Shown piece by piece: positions 35,521-48,344 of a DNA stretch of 64,000 nt. Below the pieces are notes generated by a model. The model ran no database searches and was not told the origin of the DNA. It saw nothing but the letters and a program-made list of their open reading frames with translations. The position numbers and the translations under genes were made by a program. Location of the stretch: NCBI RefSeq assembly GCF_036365525.1, contig NW_027140453.1:372001-436000 (forward strand), written 5' to 3'. Source of the stretch: Heterodontus francisci (Eukaryota). The number at the start of each line of letters is the position of its first letter. The first letter of the stretch is position 1.

Positions 35521-36899
35521 NNNNNNNNNNNNNNNNNNNNNNNNNNNNNNNNNNNNNNNNNNNNNNNNNNNNNNNNNNNNNNNNNNNNNNNNNNNNNNNN
35601 NNNNNNNNNNNNNNNNNNNNNNNNNNNNNNNNNNNNNNNNNNNNNNNNNNNNNNNNNNNNNNNNNNNNNNNNNNNNNNNNNNNNNNNNNNTCCCTCTCAA
35701 TTCACCCCTTATCCCAATCCCTGCCTCCGTTCCTTACCCTTTTCTTTACCTGCATTGTCCCTCCACAACCTGCAGGATCTCAGGAAGCACCGGCTACGGG
35801 TCCTCAAACAGAACACTCTTAATGTATACAGTAAATCGTGCACACTGCAATCTCTTAACCTATCACTCAGAGAGTCCCAGGTCTGCCAAACCAGGGGTGT
35901 GCAAGTTCCCAGGTGTTCTGTTGCGGTGCTGTTATCATTTCAGCTGATCTGTCTGCACACCAACAGCCATCGCCCATGCATCTGGTCCTCAACTATAACA
36001 TTGAGGGTTTTACTCTTTTGTTCGGTTCTTATGCTGCTTGCTCTTCAGATGAAGGTAACGCGAGGTTATGGGTTGAAGAGGTTCAAAAAGTGTCTAACAA
36101 TAAAGGCGGACGTTGAATGAAGGATTGGGATATGGACACAAAACATTTTCAAAGAAAGGCGATTATGGAGTCATCAAAGTAAGTACATTTCCCTTTGTCC
36201 TTTTGCAAACATGGCACAAAGTAGGAATCCATTGCTGCTTCTAAATGTTCACTGGACATTATAGAGCGATGAGAAGTCATGTTCAACTTGTATAGAATCT
36301 TCCTTCGACCACAGTTAGAGCACTTTTCACAGTTCTGGTATTCATTTTAAAGAGATATAGAGATACAGGAGAAGGGGCAAAAAAGTAATGACAAGGATGA
36401 TATCAGAACTGAGAGGTTACAATTATCAGGAAGGGCTATAAAGAAAAGGCTGAGCAGGTGATCTGATGGAGGGCTTTAAGATTATGAAAGAGTTTTTGAT
36501 AGGGTAGACGTGAAAAAGATGTTTTCACTTGTGGGGGAACAGGAACTCCGAACCATCAACAGAAAGATAGTAACTAATAAATAAAATCGGGAATTCAGGA
36601 GAAAATTCTTTACCCAGAGAGTGGGAGGATGTAGGGAGTGGGATAGGGCGAATAGCGGAGATGTATTCAAGAGGGAATCTGGATAAACAAATGGGGGGAG
36701 GGGAGATTTGGAAGGATCTGTTGATGGGGTGAGATGAAGCAGGGAGCGAGGAAGCGCGTGTGGAGGATGAACACCAGCATGAATGTGTTGGGCCGAATGG
36801 CCTGTTTCTTTGCTATTGGCCTCAGGACACTGTCCAAGGGATATAGTGCGTCTCACCTGAGAAAGCAGACCAGCCACTGACTTTACATCTCAGGAGGAA

Positions 36900-39540
36900 A
36901 TGCAGCACTCCCTAAGTACTGACACTCTGACAGTGCAACACTCCCTCAGCACAGACCCTTTGACAGTGCAGCACTCCCTCAGTACTGACCCACTGACAGT
37001 GCAGCATTCCCTCAGCATGATCCTCCGACAATGCAGCACTCCCGCAGTAGGAACCAGCTGACAGTGCAGTGCTCCCTCAGTACTGACCCTCTGACAGTGC
37101 AGCACTCCCTCAGTACTGACCCTCTGACAGTGCAGCACTTCCTCAGTACTGACCCTCTCACAGTGCAGTGCTCCCTCAGTACTGACCCTCTGACAGTGCA
37201 GCATTCCCTCAGTACAGATCCTCAGACAGTGCAGCACTCCCTCAGTACTGCTGCCCTGACAGTGCAGCACACCTTCAGTACTGACACTCTGACAGTGCAG
37301 CACTCCCTCAGTGCTAACCATCTGACAGTGCAGTGTTCCCTCAGTACTGACCCTCTGATAGTGCAGCATTCCCTCTAGTACTGACACTCTGACAGTGCAG
37401 CACTCCCTGAGTACTGACCCTCTGACAGTGCAGTGTTCCCTCAGTACTGACCATCTGACAGTGCAGCACTCCCTCAGTACTGACCCACTGACAGTGCAGC
37501 ATTCCCTCAGCATGATCCTCCGACAATGCAGCACTCCCGCAGTAGGAACCAGCTGACAGTGCAGTGCTCCCTCAGTACTGACCCTCTGACAGTGCAGCAC
37601 TCCCTCAGTACTGACCCTCTGACAGTGCAGCACTTCCTCAGTACTGACCCTCTCACAGTGCAGTGCTCCCTCAGTACTGACCCTCTGACAGTGCAGCATT
37701 CCCTCAGTACAGATCCTCAGACAGTGCAGCACTCCCTCAGTACTGCTGCCCTGACAGTGCAGCACACCTTCAGTACTGACACTCTGACAGTGCAGCACTC
37801 CCTCAGTGCTAACCATCTGACAGTGCAGTGTTCCCTCAGTACTGACCCTCTGATAGTGCAGCATTCCCTCTAGTACTGACACTCTGACAGTGCAGCACTC
37901 CCTGAGTACTGACCCTCTGACAGTGCAGTGTTCCCTCAGTACTGACCCTCTGATAGTGCAGCATTCCCTCTAGTACTGACACTCTGACAGTGCAGCACTC
38001 CCACAGTACTGACTCTCCGACAGTGCAGCACTCCCTCAGTGCTGACCATCTGACAGTGCAGTGCTCCCTCATTTCTGACCCTCTGACAGTGCAGTGCTCC
38101 CTCAGTACTGAACCTCTGACAGTGCAGAACTCCCGCAGTACTGACCATCTGACAGTGCAGTGTTCCCTCAGTATTGACCCTCTGACAGTGCAGTACTCCC
38201 TCAGTTCTGACCCTCTGACAGTGCAGTGCTCCCTCTGTACTGACCCTCTGACAGTGCAGCACTCCCACAGTACTGAGCATCTGACAGTGCAGTGTTTCCT
38301 CAGTACTGACCCACTGAGAATACAGTGCTCCCTCAGTGCAGACCCTCTGACAGTGCAGCACACCCTCAGTACTGACCATCTGACAGTGCAGCACTCCCTC
38401 AGTACTGACCATCTGACAGTGCAGTGTTCCCTCAGTATTGACCCTCTGACAGTGCTGTGCTCCCTCAGTACTGACCCTCTGACAGTGCAGCACTCCCTCA
38501 GTACTGACCATCTGACAGTGCAGCACTCAATCAGTACTGACCATCTGACAGTGCAGTGTTCCCTCAGTATTGACCCTCTGACAGTGCTGTGCTCCCTCAG
38601 TACTGACGCTCTGACAGTGCAGCACTCCCTCAGTACTGACCATCTGACGGTGCAGCACTCCCTCAGTACTGACCATCTGACAGTGCAGCACTCCCTCAGT
38701 ACTGACCATCTGACAGTGCAGTGTTCCCTCAGTATTGACCCTCTGACAGTGCAGCACACCCTCAGTACTGACTCACCCTCTGACAGTACGACACGCCCTC
38801 AGTACTGACCCACCGACAGTGCAGCACTCCTTCAGTACTGACTCTCTGAACGTGCAGTGGTCCCTCAGTACTGACAATCCGACAGTGCAGCATTCCCTCA
38901 GTACTGACACTCTGACAGTATGGCACTCACTCAGTACTGACCGTCTGACAGTCCAACACGTCCTCAGGACTGACCCTCTGATAGTGCAGTGTTACCTCAG
39001 TACTGACCCTTTAACAGTGCAGTGCTCACTCAGTACTGACCCTCTGACAGTGAAGCACTCCATCAGTACTGACTCTCCGACAGTGCAACACTCCCTCAGT
39101 ACTGACCCTCTGACAGTGCAGTGCTCCCTCAGTACTAACCCTCTGACAGTGCAGCACTCCATCAGTACTGACCCTCTGACAGTGAAACACTCCATCAGTG
39201 CCCACGCTCCGACAGTGCAGCACTCCCTCAGTACTGATCCTCTGACAGTGAAACACTCCATCAGTGCCCACGCTCCGACAGTGCAGCACTCCCTCAGTAC
39301 TGACAATCTGACAGTGCAGTGCTCCCTCAGTAATGACCCTCTGATAGTGCAGTGCTCCCTCAGTACTGACTTTCCGACAGTGCAGCACTCCCTCAGTACT
39401 GACCATCTGACAGTGCAGCAATCCATCAGTACTGACTCTCCGACAGCGCAGCACTCCCTCAGTACTGACCCTCTGACAGTGCAGTGCTCCCTCAGTAATG
39501 ACCATCTGACAATGCAGCACTCCCTCAGTACTGCCCCTCT
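36900..39540 (+). repeat. 33-bp minisatellite
   Basis: Unit CTGACAGTGCAGCACTCCCTCAGTACTGACCCT, about 80 copies; 495-bp higher-order duplication (ORFs at 37031 and 37526 are identical). Confidence 0.96.
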
Positions 39541-42197
39541 GAAGTTGAACATCTCGCACTGGATGTATCAGCATGGATTTTATGCTCAGTTCTCTGGGAG
39601 TTTCTGACTATACCAACTGAGCCACAGGTAAACATTTAACCAACATGCTTTTCCTAAAAGGATCAACCTTTCCAATTTGTTGATGGTGACCTGTTGAGCA
39701 ACGTTTGCAGAGAAAGTTTCTCTTTAGAAATCCGTAATTCGAGAGCTGCAGTGGAGACAGAGTTCCTTGACTTTTGAACTGGTCTCAGCCAATTAACGAA
39801 GTTGGCAGCATTGGCGATCGATGGGCGGTAGGTGCGCTATTGCTCCACTAATCCTGATCGCTCTTCCTTCCTCGGCAGTTCCTTCCTCTGACAGCGACCT
39901 CAGCTCTGCAATTCCCTCCCTAATCCTCTCCACCTCTCTCTCCTCCAAACCTGCCCGGCTTTGGACCACACTTCCTCATAATTCCTGCTGTGACTCGGTG
40001 TCTAATAGTTGGCAGATTTACGCTCTTCGGGCCGTTTCCTCTACGGACGCTGAAGTCGCTATATAAATGCAGGTCGCTGCAGTCTAATTACACGATAGTG
40101 CTGACCTGTGAACAGGAGGTCCGGGACTAGGAGCATGTCCTCCTGAAACTGACTCTGCCGGCTGTTTCGCTTTACGTTCCTTCCACGGGTAGACACAGAA
40201 CTAAACTGGTCACAGTAAAAATAACTGGAATTTGTCACGACTGGGATTTCGCGTTTTGTTGCTCCAATTTTGAGCACTTGCCTGTCGTCACTTGATGCAA
40301 CTGAGTGGCATTGGGAGAACAGTTAAGTGATAAATACATTGGTGTGGACCAACAGTCAGGTATAAGGGGGTAAGTAGGGCAAATGTTCTCCTGTGGGACA
40401 TTAGAGAACCAGATGGGGTTTAAACAACAATCAGGTAGTTTCCTGGTCATAATTCACGTCACTGGTACTTTATCTCAATCATTTGAACTTCAACTCTTCT
40501 GCCTGCTGCAGTGGGGTTTGAACTCACGACTACCAAAGCGCTAGCCCGGGCTGTTGAATTACTGGTCCAGTAACATCACCACCAGGCTAACAACTCAGCT
40601 TGTCCCATTCCCCGGCCTTTTCCCCATTGCCCTGCAAATTTTTGTTTCTCTTCAGGTAATTATCCTGGACCTCGATTGACACTATCTCCATCGCACTGTC
40701 AGGCAGTGCATCGCAGATCCTAACTCTCACTGTGTAGAAAAGGGTTTCCCCCTGTCACGTTTGTTTGTTTGGGTTTTATTTGCCGTTTACCTTAAACTGG
40801 TGTCCCCTGGTTCTCCACACTTCCGCCAATGAGAACAGATTCTCTCTATCTACTCTGTCCGGACCCCTCATGATTTTGAACAACCCTATCAAGTCTAATC
40901 TCAAGTTTCTCTTCTCTGTGGAGAACCACCCCAGCTTCTCCAATCTATCCACGTAACTGAAGCCCCCTCATCCCTGGAACCAATCTCTTAAATCTTTTCT
41001 GCACCCTTCACTTCCTTCTGAAAGTGTGGTGTCCAGAATTGGGTGTAATATTCCAGTTGAGGTGGAACCCGTGTTATGTAGAGATTTCCCATAACCTCTT
41101 TGTTTTTTAAAAAAAATTGATGCCTCTATTTATAAAGCCCAGGATTCAGTCTGCCTGATTAACCACTTCCTCAACTTGCCCTGTCATCTTGAGTAATTTA
41201 CACTGATATACACCCAGGTCCCTCTGTTCCTGCACCACCTTTAGAATTGTATCCTTTATTTGAGATTGTCTCTCCTCGTTTTCACTACCAAAATGAAAGA
41301 CTTCACACCTTTATGTAATAAACTGCATCTGCAATTTGCCCGCCCATTCCACCAGTCATTCTACATCCTCTTAAAATCTATCACCATCCTCCTCACGGTT
41401 CACAATACTTCCACGTTTTGTGTCATCTGCAAAGTTTGAAATTGTGCCCTGCCCACCCAAGTCTAGGTCATTAATATCGATCAAGAAAAACAGTGGTCCC
41501 TGGAGAACCGCACTATATACCTTCCTCTAGTCTGAACAACAACCGTTTACCACTACTATGTTCCCTGTAACTTTGTATCCATGTTGATAATGCCCCTTTT
41601 ATTGCATAAGCTTTATCTTTGCTGACAAGCCTGTTATGTAGTACTTTATCAAACGCTTTTTTTGAAGTTCATGTACACCACATCAACCGCAATACCCTCA
41701 TTAACCCTCTCTGTTACCTCATCAAAAAGTGTGTATCCGACTCTTGGTTTTCTGATTAGTCCACAGAGTGCTGGTTGTTTCAAAAGGCGGTGTAGCATTC
41801 GTCATCGCTACAGATGGGAGAACCTCAAAGCACCCTGTATGACTGACCACTTCCTCTGATGTGTCTTTATATATCAGCCGTGGTTTAGTGGGGAGTACCT
41901 CGGCACTGAGTCAGAGGTTTGTGGGTTTAAGTCCCCGCACCATGATTTAAGCATAAAATCTAGGCTGACACTCCCAGTGCAGGACAGAGAAAGTGCTGCA
42001 CCGTGTGGAGGTGTAGCACCGAGGTACTCTCTTTATTTTGGCTGAGATGTTAAAACGAGGTCCTGACTGCAGACGGGAATGATCCCATAGCCACTATTTC
42101 GGAGAATAACAGGAGCATTCTGGAGGATTATCTGGGGCAATAGACATCCCTAAACCAACTTAACTAAAACAGATTGTTTGGTCATTCTCAGTTTCCA

Positions 42198-42305
42198 CCA
42201 GGAGATGGCGCAGTTCTCCGCAGAACTTGTGGCTGCAAATGGGATTCGATCAGATGGAGAGACAATGAATTTCCATTCAGCGAGTGATCGCGCCCTCTGG
42301 CGGCC
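42198..42305. promoter_or_regulatory. Pair of oppositely oriented CTCF-like motifs between V and D
   Basis: CCAGGAGATGGCGC (+, 42198-42211) and GGCCGCCAGAGGGCGC (-, 42290-42305), compared with consensus CCASYAGRKGGCRS. Confidence 0.65.
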
Positions 42306-44457
42306 GCAGAGGGAATTTTCATCACCATTCATCATTTGGATCATCCATCTGACGTAAAGGAGTCGCAGTCCGAGTATGATCAATGCTACCTACTTCCAGT
42401 GAGATGTCGGATTATTTATTGCCATGTGCAAAGATGACCAGATCGTGACAAATGGAGCGAAACTCCCCACCCCCGCAACCCCTCCACTAACACTATTGGA
42501 TCTAAGATGCATCAGTTGGAATTCATTCCTGGTTATGTGCATTCACCTCACATTGGAATTTCGAGACAGGGTGCCGACCGGCAGTTTTATCACGCTGCTC
42601 GATCTTGGACCCTGCAAGTAAAGGGTTACTATCTTGTTGGCACGTGGAAAAGACTTCTGATCTGCGTCCCTGCAATTTTGCTTCAATCATCAGAGAACAC
42701 ATCAGCTAAGGAACTCACTTTCGACTCCACTGGCATAATGGAGGTTGGAAATGTGCACAGCATCTCGAATCCGTAAAGGCTGGAGGACATCTTACCGTCA
42801 GGAGCCCATTAAAAGTCTTCCACTTCATAAAAGCTAAAGAAAAGAAATGATGGCCTGTTGTAGATGTCGGGAACTCCAGTCCAATTTGAAAATATCTGGG
42901 GCTGCAGCAAAAGTGGTCGAGAAACAGGGTGAGTAATTTCAATGACAACATTCTTCTCATTATTGATACTGAAAGAGGGACCCGTGTATATGAATCAGAG
43001 CAATTTTACATCAAGGTACAGCAAGGAATTAGGAAGGCGAGTAACATGTTAGCTTTGAAACATAAGAGTAAGGAAATCTTTCTGCAGCTAGTTAGGACTT
43101 TGGTAACAACACACCTTTAGTGTTGTGTAGAGTGTTGCTCTCCTTATCTACGGAAGCATGTATTTGCCTTAGAGGAGGTTGCAACGAAGGTTCACTCAAT
43201 TGGTTCCTCGGAGGAGAAGGCTGCCCTATGAGGAGAAATTGAGTCGAATGGGCTGTTATTCTCTGGAAGAATCAGAGGTGATCCATTTGAAACGTACAAG
43301 ATGATGAGAGGGTTTGACAGGGGACACACTGAGAGGCTGTTTCCCCCCTGGCTGGAGAGCCTAGAAATAAGGGGTCGAATCTTCAGGATAAGGGGCCGTC
43401 TATCGTACTTAGATGAGGACGAATGTCTTCACTCAGAGGGTTATGACTCTTTGGAATTCAGAGAGCTGTGGAATTCTCAGTCATTGAGAAAATTGAAGAC
43501 ATGAGATCCATAGATTTTAGGCACCAAGGGAATCCAGGGATGTAGGAATATGGCGGGAAAGTGGAGTGAAGGTAGCAGATCCTCAAGATCTTCATTATGT
43601 GGAGGAGCAGACACGGCGGGCCGAATGGCTTACTCCTGCTCCTATTTTCTAATGTTCTGATGTAAGTGGTTCCTGCGTGTTTGCAGTGTCAGACCATTGT
43701 GTCATCACAGCACATACCGTCTAAAATATTATCTTTCTCTTCCGGTCTAATCCGTGTTTCACTTGACCATGAAGTCTCGTCATGGCAAACCCTGAAGCCA
43801 GTTACGGGCCAACAGATCTTGATAAGGGAAGTTTGTCGATTTCAGTGCAATTTCCAGGCGATCGGAATGAATTATAATCAGAGCAGAGAAAGTTAAGGGA
43901 CCCAGAGGAAGGTGGTGTTGGAAATCAGGAAGGGTTTTGATAAATTGAACAGGGAGAAGCTGTTTTCTGTGGCAGGAAGGTCGCTAACCAGGGAGGCGCT
44001 GATTTAGGGTCAGTGGCAAAAGAAGCAGAAGCGGGATGAGGAGAATGATTCTGACTGGGACGGGTATTAATGATCTGGAACACATCGCCTGAAAGGGCAG
44101 TGGAATGGGATTCAGCTTTCAAACGGGAATTGGATAGATCCTTGGAGCAGAAGATTTCCAGGACGAGGGCAGAAGGGCAGGAAAGTGGGACTAACTGGAT
44201 AGATTTTTCACAAAAGCAAGCAGAGGCGGGATGATCTCCTCTGTGTTGAATCTTTCTGTGATGCTACAATGTGGACAGATCAGAAAGGAACAACTTGACA
44301 TCATTGCCTTTATTTAAGAAAAGTAAAACTATTCTCCACTCTTTGGCATATGAAGCGTGACAACAAAGCTATTGGGAGTCGGTGAACCTTATCTGTTATC
44401 TCTATGGGTGCATTCTCACTGCAGATCGGGTTCCAGTCAAGCAAACCCTACTGATAG

Positions 44458-44760
44458 GGCGGCACAGTGGCGCAGTGGTTAGCACCGCAGCCTCACAGCT
44501 CCAGCGACCCGGGTTCAATCTGGGTACTGCCTGTGTGGAGTTTGCAAGTTTTCCCTGTGTGGGTTTCCTCCGGGTGCTCCGGTTTCCTCCCACATGCCAA
44601 AGACTTGCAGGTTGGTAGGTAAATTGGCCATTACAAATTGCCCCTAGTATAGGTAGGTGTAGGGAAATATAGAGACAGGTGGGGATGTGGTAGGGATATG
44701 GGATTAGTAGTGGATTAGTATTCGTGGGTGGTTGATGGTCGGCACAGACTCGGTGGGCCG
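44458..44760 (+). mobile_element. tRNA-derived SINE (shark HE1/V-SINE type)
   Basis: GGGCGGCACAGTGGCGCAGTGGTTAGCAC...GGTTCAA pol III A/B boxes, followed by the V-SINE-like core GTGGGTTTCCTCCGGGTGCTCCGGTTTCCTCCCAC. Confidence 0.85.
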
Positions 44761-45974
44761 AGTCTTATATGGCTGCGTTGGAGTCGAAACTGCCCTGGGA
44801 CAAATTCCTCCCAGCACGCCAGGGAATTCTGTCAAGAGCAGGCTGGTTATCATCTGAACAGGTCAGTGTTGAAGAGATTTACCATGACATGTGGAAGTAT
44901 GTCAATGAGACACCGGTCATTCTTTTTTCAATAGGGGCCCTAAGACTGTGTTTGCCCCGTGGTATTGATCCATCCAAATCCAGATTTGATAGATTTCCTT
45001 CAGTGAGGAACTTTTTTGGGATGCATTCGAGGATTAATTTGAGACATGACATGTGACAAGAGCTGCCTGCTTGGGAGGAACAGGGACTTTGGGCCTGACA
45101 TTTTGGTGCTTTCCACACCTCATGCATGGGCCCTGTTGTAGATCAAGTCACCGCAATTGGTTTATTTCTGTTCTGTTACGGGATGAGGGCTGGGGAGGGC
45201 CACCTTTATTCCCAAGTCTAACCGCTCTTGAGCATACTTCTTCTTGAATGCAACTGCGTGGCTGACCAGGCCCATTCCTCAGGGCAGTTAAGGGTGAACA
45301 GCACTGCTGCCGGGGTCTGGAGTCACTGTGAGTCCAGACTGGGTGAGGGAGGCAAAATTCCTTCCCTAAAGGATATCACTGAACCAGGTGGCTCTTTCCG
45401 CCAATCCAGCAGCTTTATGCTGAGCATCATTGCTGGAATACAACTACTGTTACAAAGGCTACCATCATCAACAACGACATTATTGGTCGACAAGGATGTC
45501 AGAAGATGAACGAGGTGTCTTGGTTTTTTTTGGCATCTAGCAAATCCTGCATTCCTAAGCCTACCTCTTCAGAATGCAGCCTTCCATACCAGTGCCCTGT
45601 TTAGCTTAGTGCTAGAACCCAACACAGTTTAATTCAGAGAGTACAGATCTGAGAGATGCCGGATAAACCTTATTCTTGAGATTCACTGTGACACCAGTGA
45701 CGGTCTCAGTCAGCTCGATGGACCCTCCACCAGTTGGACCAAGTTTCAGCTGAAAGCCCGGCCCCAGCGCCTGGGAATTCCTGCTGCGCCTTTGTTAGAC
45801 CAAAGTACGTGAATTGAATGCAGTTATGAGACAGTGCATTCCAGGAAGGTGGGGATTGCTCTACCTAGGTATATTGGAATATAATTTCTGAAAATGAGAT
45901 GGATAAATTAGCGGTTTGTCAATAAAAATATACTGATACGCAGATTAACCACAAGCATTATTCATGGTTGGCGC

Positions 45975-46630
45975 TGGACAGGTTGAGAGAGCAGTTAATA
46001 AAGCATACAGTATCCTGGGCTTTATTAAAAGGGGCAGAGAGTACAAGAGCATGGAAGTAAGTTGCACTTGGACAAGACACTAGTTCGACCTCAGCTGGAG
46101 CATTGTGTCCAGTTCTGGGAGCCGCACTTGAGGAAAGAAATGAAAGAATTGGACAGAGTGAGGGAAAGATTCAGGAGAATGGTTCCACGGGTGAAGGACC
46201 TCAGTTATGATGATAGATTGGAGAAGTTGGGATTGTTTTCCTTGGAGGAGAGAAGGCTGAGAGGTGATTTGATAGAGGGATTCAAAATCATGAGGTGTCG
46301 GGACAGAACAGATAGAGAGAAACTGCTCCCACTCGTGAAAGGATGGAGAATGAGAGGGCACAGATTTAAACTAATTGGAAAAAGAAGTAAAAGTGACATG
46401 AGGAAAAAATTGTTTCACACAGCGAGTGGTTAATGTCTGGAGTGCAGGCCCAGAGAGTATGATGAGGGCACGTTCAATCGGGGCATTCAAAAGGGACTTA
46501 TGAAAAAGGAAGAATGTGCAGAGTTACGGGAAGAAGGCGGGGGAATGGGACTAAGTGAATTGCTCATTCGGAGGGCCAGTTCTGACACGATGGGCCGAAT
46601 GGCCTCCTGTACTGTACCAATTCTCTGATT
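45975..46630 (+). mobile_element. CR1 LINE 3' fragment
   Basis: LVRPQLEHCVQFWEPHLRK...LGLFSLEERRLRGDLIE. Confidence 0.9.
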
Positions 46631-47388
46631 CTGTGATGAGGAATGTCGATGATAAGTGGCAGTAACTTGATTGCTAACCAGATGATCAAAATTGGGTGAA
46701 ATTTGTGATAAACACAACAATGGTCAGTTTAAACGGTACAGGGTGATATTCTAAGACAATAAGATGTATCTATCCATCGGAACTTTGATAGTTCTGTCTT
46801 TCAGCAGAACCAAGCCATCTATTTATCACTTTAAGAGCTGCTTGCAAGCTGAAAGATAGAGATGCAGACTCACACAGACAATACCAGCACAGCTGAAGAG
46901 ATTTTTCTTTTAACTTGTTGTGTTATTCTGATCAGGAATGCGATGCCTGAAAGGATGGAGGAAGCAGATTCAGCAGTAACTTGGAAAGGAGATTGGGAAA
47001 TATATTTGAACAGGAAATATCTGCCTCCCATTGAGGAAAGAGCAGGAGAGTGGGATGAAATAAGTAGATCTTCCGAAGTGATGGCACAGGAACGATGGGC
47101 CGAATTGCCTCCTCTGTCCTGTATGATTGTCCAATTCTTTGCAGATTATTTCATCCGCTTTGGAAAGTACTGAAGTGTGGAACTGGATTTTGAGCTGTCT
47201 CTCTGGGAGCACTGAGAAACTATTGGATTATTTCAACACTCTGAAAGTTGATGGAAAACTCTGCAAAGTTTCATCAATGAACAGCTGTCTTTATGAGCTC
47301 TGCTTCCTTGAGTTTTCCTCTCTAACACTCACAGTATAAGAGGGTGGTATGTTTTTGACCCAGCCCTGCTCCTCTTTGAATCACTGTG

Positions 47389-47690
47389 ATCACTAGCAGC
47401 ACAGTAATACACCGCCCTGTCAGTCTGATCCACCCTCAGTATTTTCAGGCTGCAGGTTTTAAGATCGGGTCTGGTGGCTTTAAATCTCTCCTTGAAACCC
47501 TCTTCAGGCGTTGAATCAGAGGTACCAACCGAGGTCACTATGAGCTGTAACCCTGCTCCGCTGTGCTGGCGATACCAGTACATGTAGCTCTCGCTGGTGT
47601 CATTCTGGAAACAGTGCATTTCCGCCGTTTTCCCCTCTGCGACCGTCAGCCGGTTCCCCCACTGGGTAACGAGAGCGCTCCTGGACCGGG
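47389..47690 (-). CDS. TRBV: TRBV, D-proximal V exon
   Basis: ALVTQWGNRLTVAEGKTAEMHCFQNDTSESYMYWYRQHSGAG...DRAVYYCAASD; 23-RSS CACAGTG-23-TCAAAAACA at 47350-47388. Confidence 0.96.
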
Positions 47691-47771
47691 CTGTGGAGGA
47701 ACATGAGAAACATATCGGGTCAAAAAGAACAGACACAATAAGGAGAGAGAGAGAGAGATTTAATGGTAAAC

Positions 47772-47826
47772 CTCCCGATGCACACCACAGTCGATCAGCT
47801 CGCTGACGCCCCAGCACAGGGGTCAT
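47772..47826 (-). CDS. TRBV: Putative (atypical) leader of V 47389
   Basis: ATG...MTPVLGRQRADRLWCASG g|gtttac, phase 1. It is hydrophilic, so it may be read through unspliced (see findings). Confidence 0.45.
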
Positions 47827-48344
47827 GTGCTGATTCCCAGAATCGCTGGGCACAACTGCAGTGGCGCTAAATAACGACACTTGTCCTCAACAGTAAAACC
47901 AAACCAGTAAATCTCTAACTGATTGGAGCCCTTTGATATCAACAGGAATTGTGTCTCAAAGCTGATTAACTGGGGCCTGAATTTCCCTCCAAGTAGAAGC
48001 AGTAACCTGGGAGCAGCAGAAACAGTAGATGGAGGTAAACAGTGCACAGCATGATGCAGGAATGTGAACCCTTCTTTCAACCTTCCAGCTTGGTCCAGCT
48101 CTCACACACACTGCAGTCCTATTGGTGCACAGCCTGCTTTTGTGATGCAGTGTGGAAGTGACTCCATTGCAATGTCAACCAATAGAACTTCCCTTGTGTA
48201 TCCAACAAAGAAGGTGGTTCTTTCACCTGTGTGGGTGCAGGAATTAGAATTACACAGGATTGACTTGCAAAGTCCCATCTATTGCAGGGTTTGGGGATGT
48301 TCATAAAGATTGGAATGATTGACATATATACCAACTTGATTGTA

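Noticed and set aside
34093-36120. 675-aa and 313-aa ORFs
   Set aside because: Translations of the 44-bp minisatellite spanning an N gap; no protein features.
36890-39607. Cys/His-rich periodic ORFs; CRISPR-like regularity
   Set aside because: Head-to-tail 33-bp repeat without unique spacers in vertebrate DNA; ORFs are artefacts.
40059-40277. SSYFYC motif suggesting a V relic
   Set aside because: No upstream WYRQ or first Cys and no RSS.
42790-42900. Faint DOMON-like pattern (FKLDWS...IISF) on the minus strand
   Set aside because: Multiple stops, no supporting exons, and opposite strand to the other MOXD-like hint.
44458-44530. tRNA gene
   Set aside because: tRNA-like head continues directly into a SINE body.
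45660-45735. NLILEIHCDTSD...GPST resembling a MOXD/DBH motif; CACTGTG heptamer
   Set aside because: Short, lacks the key Cys and flanking exons; the heptamer has no nonamer at 12 or 23 bp.
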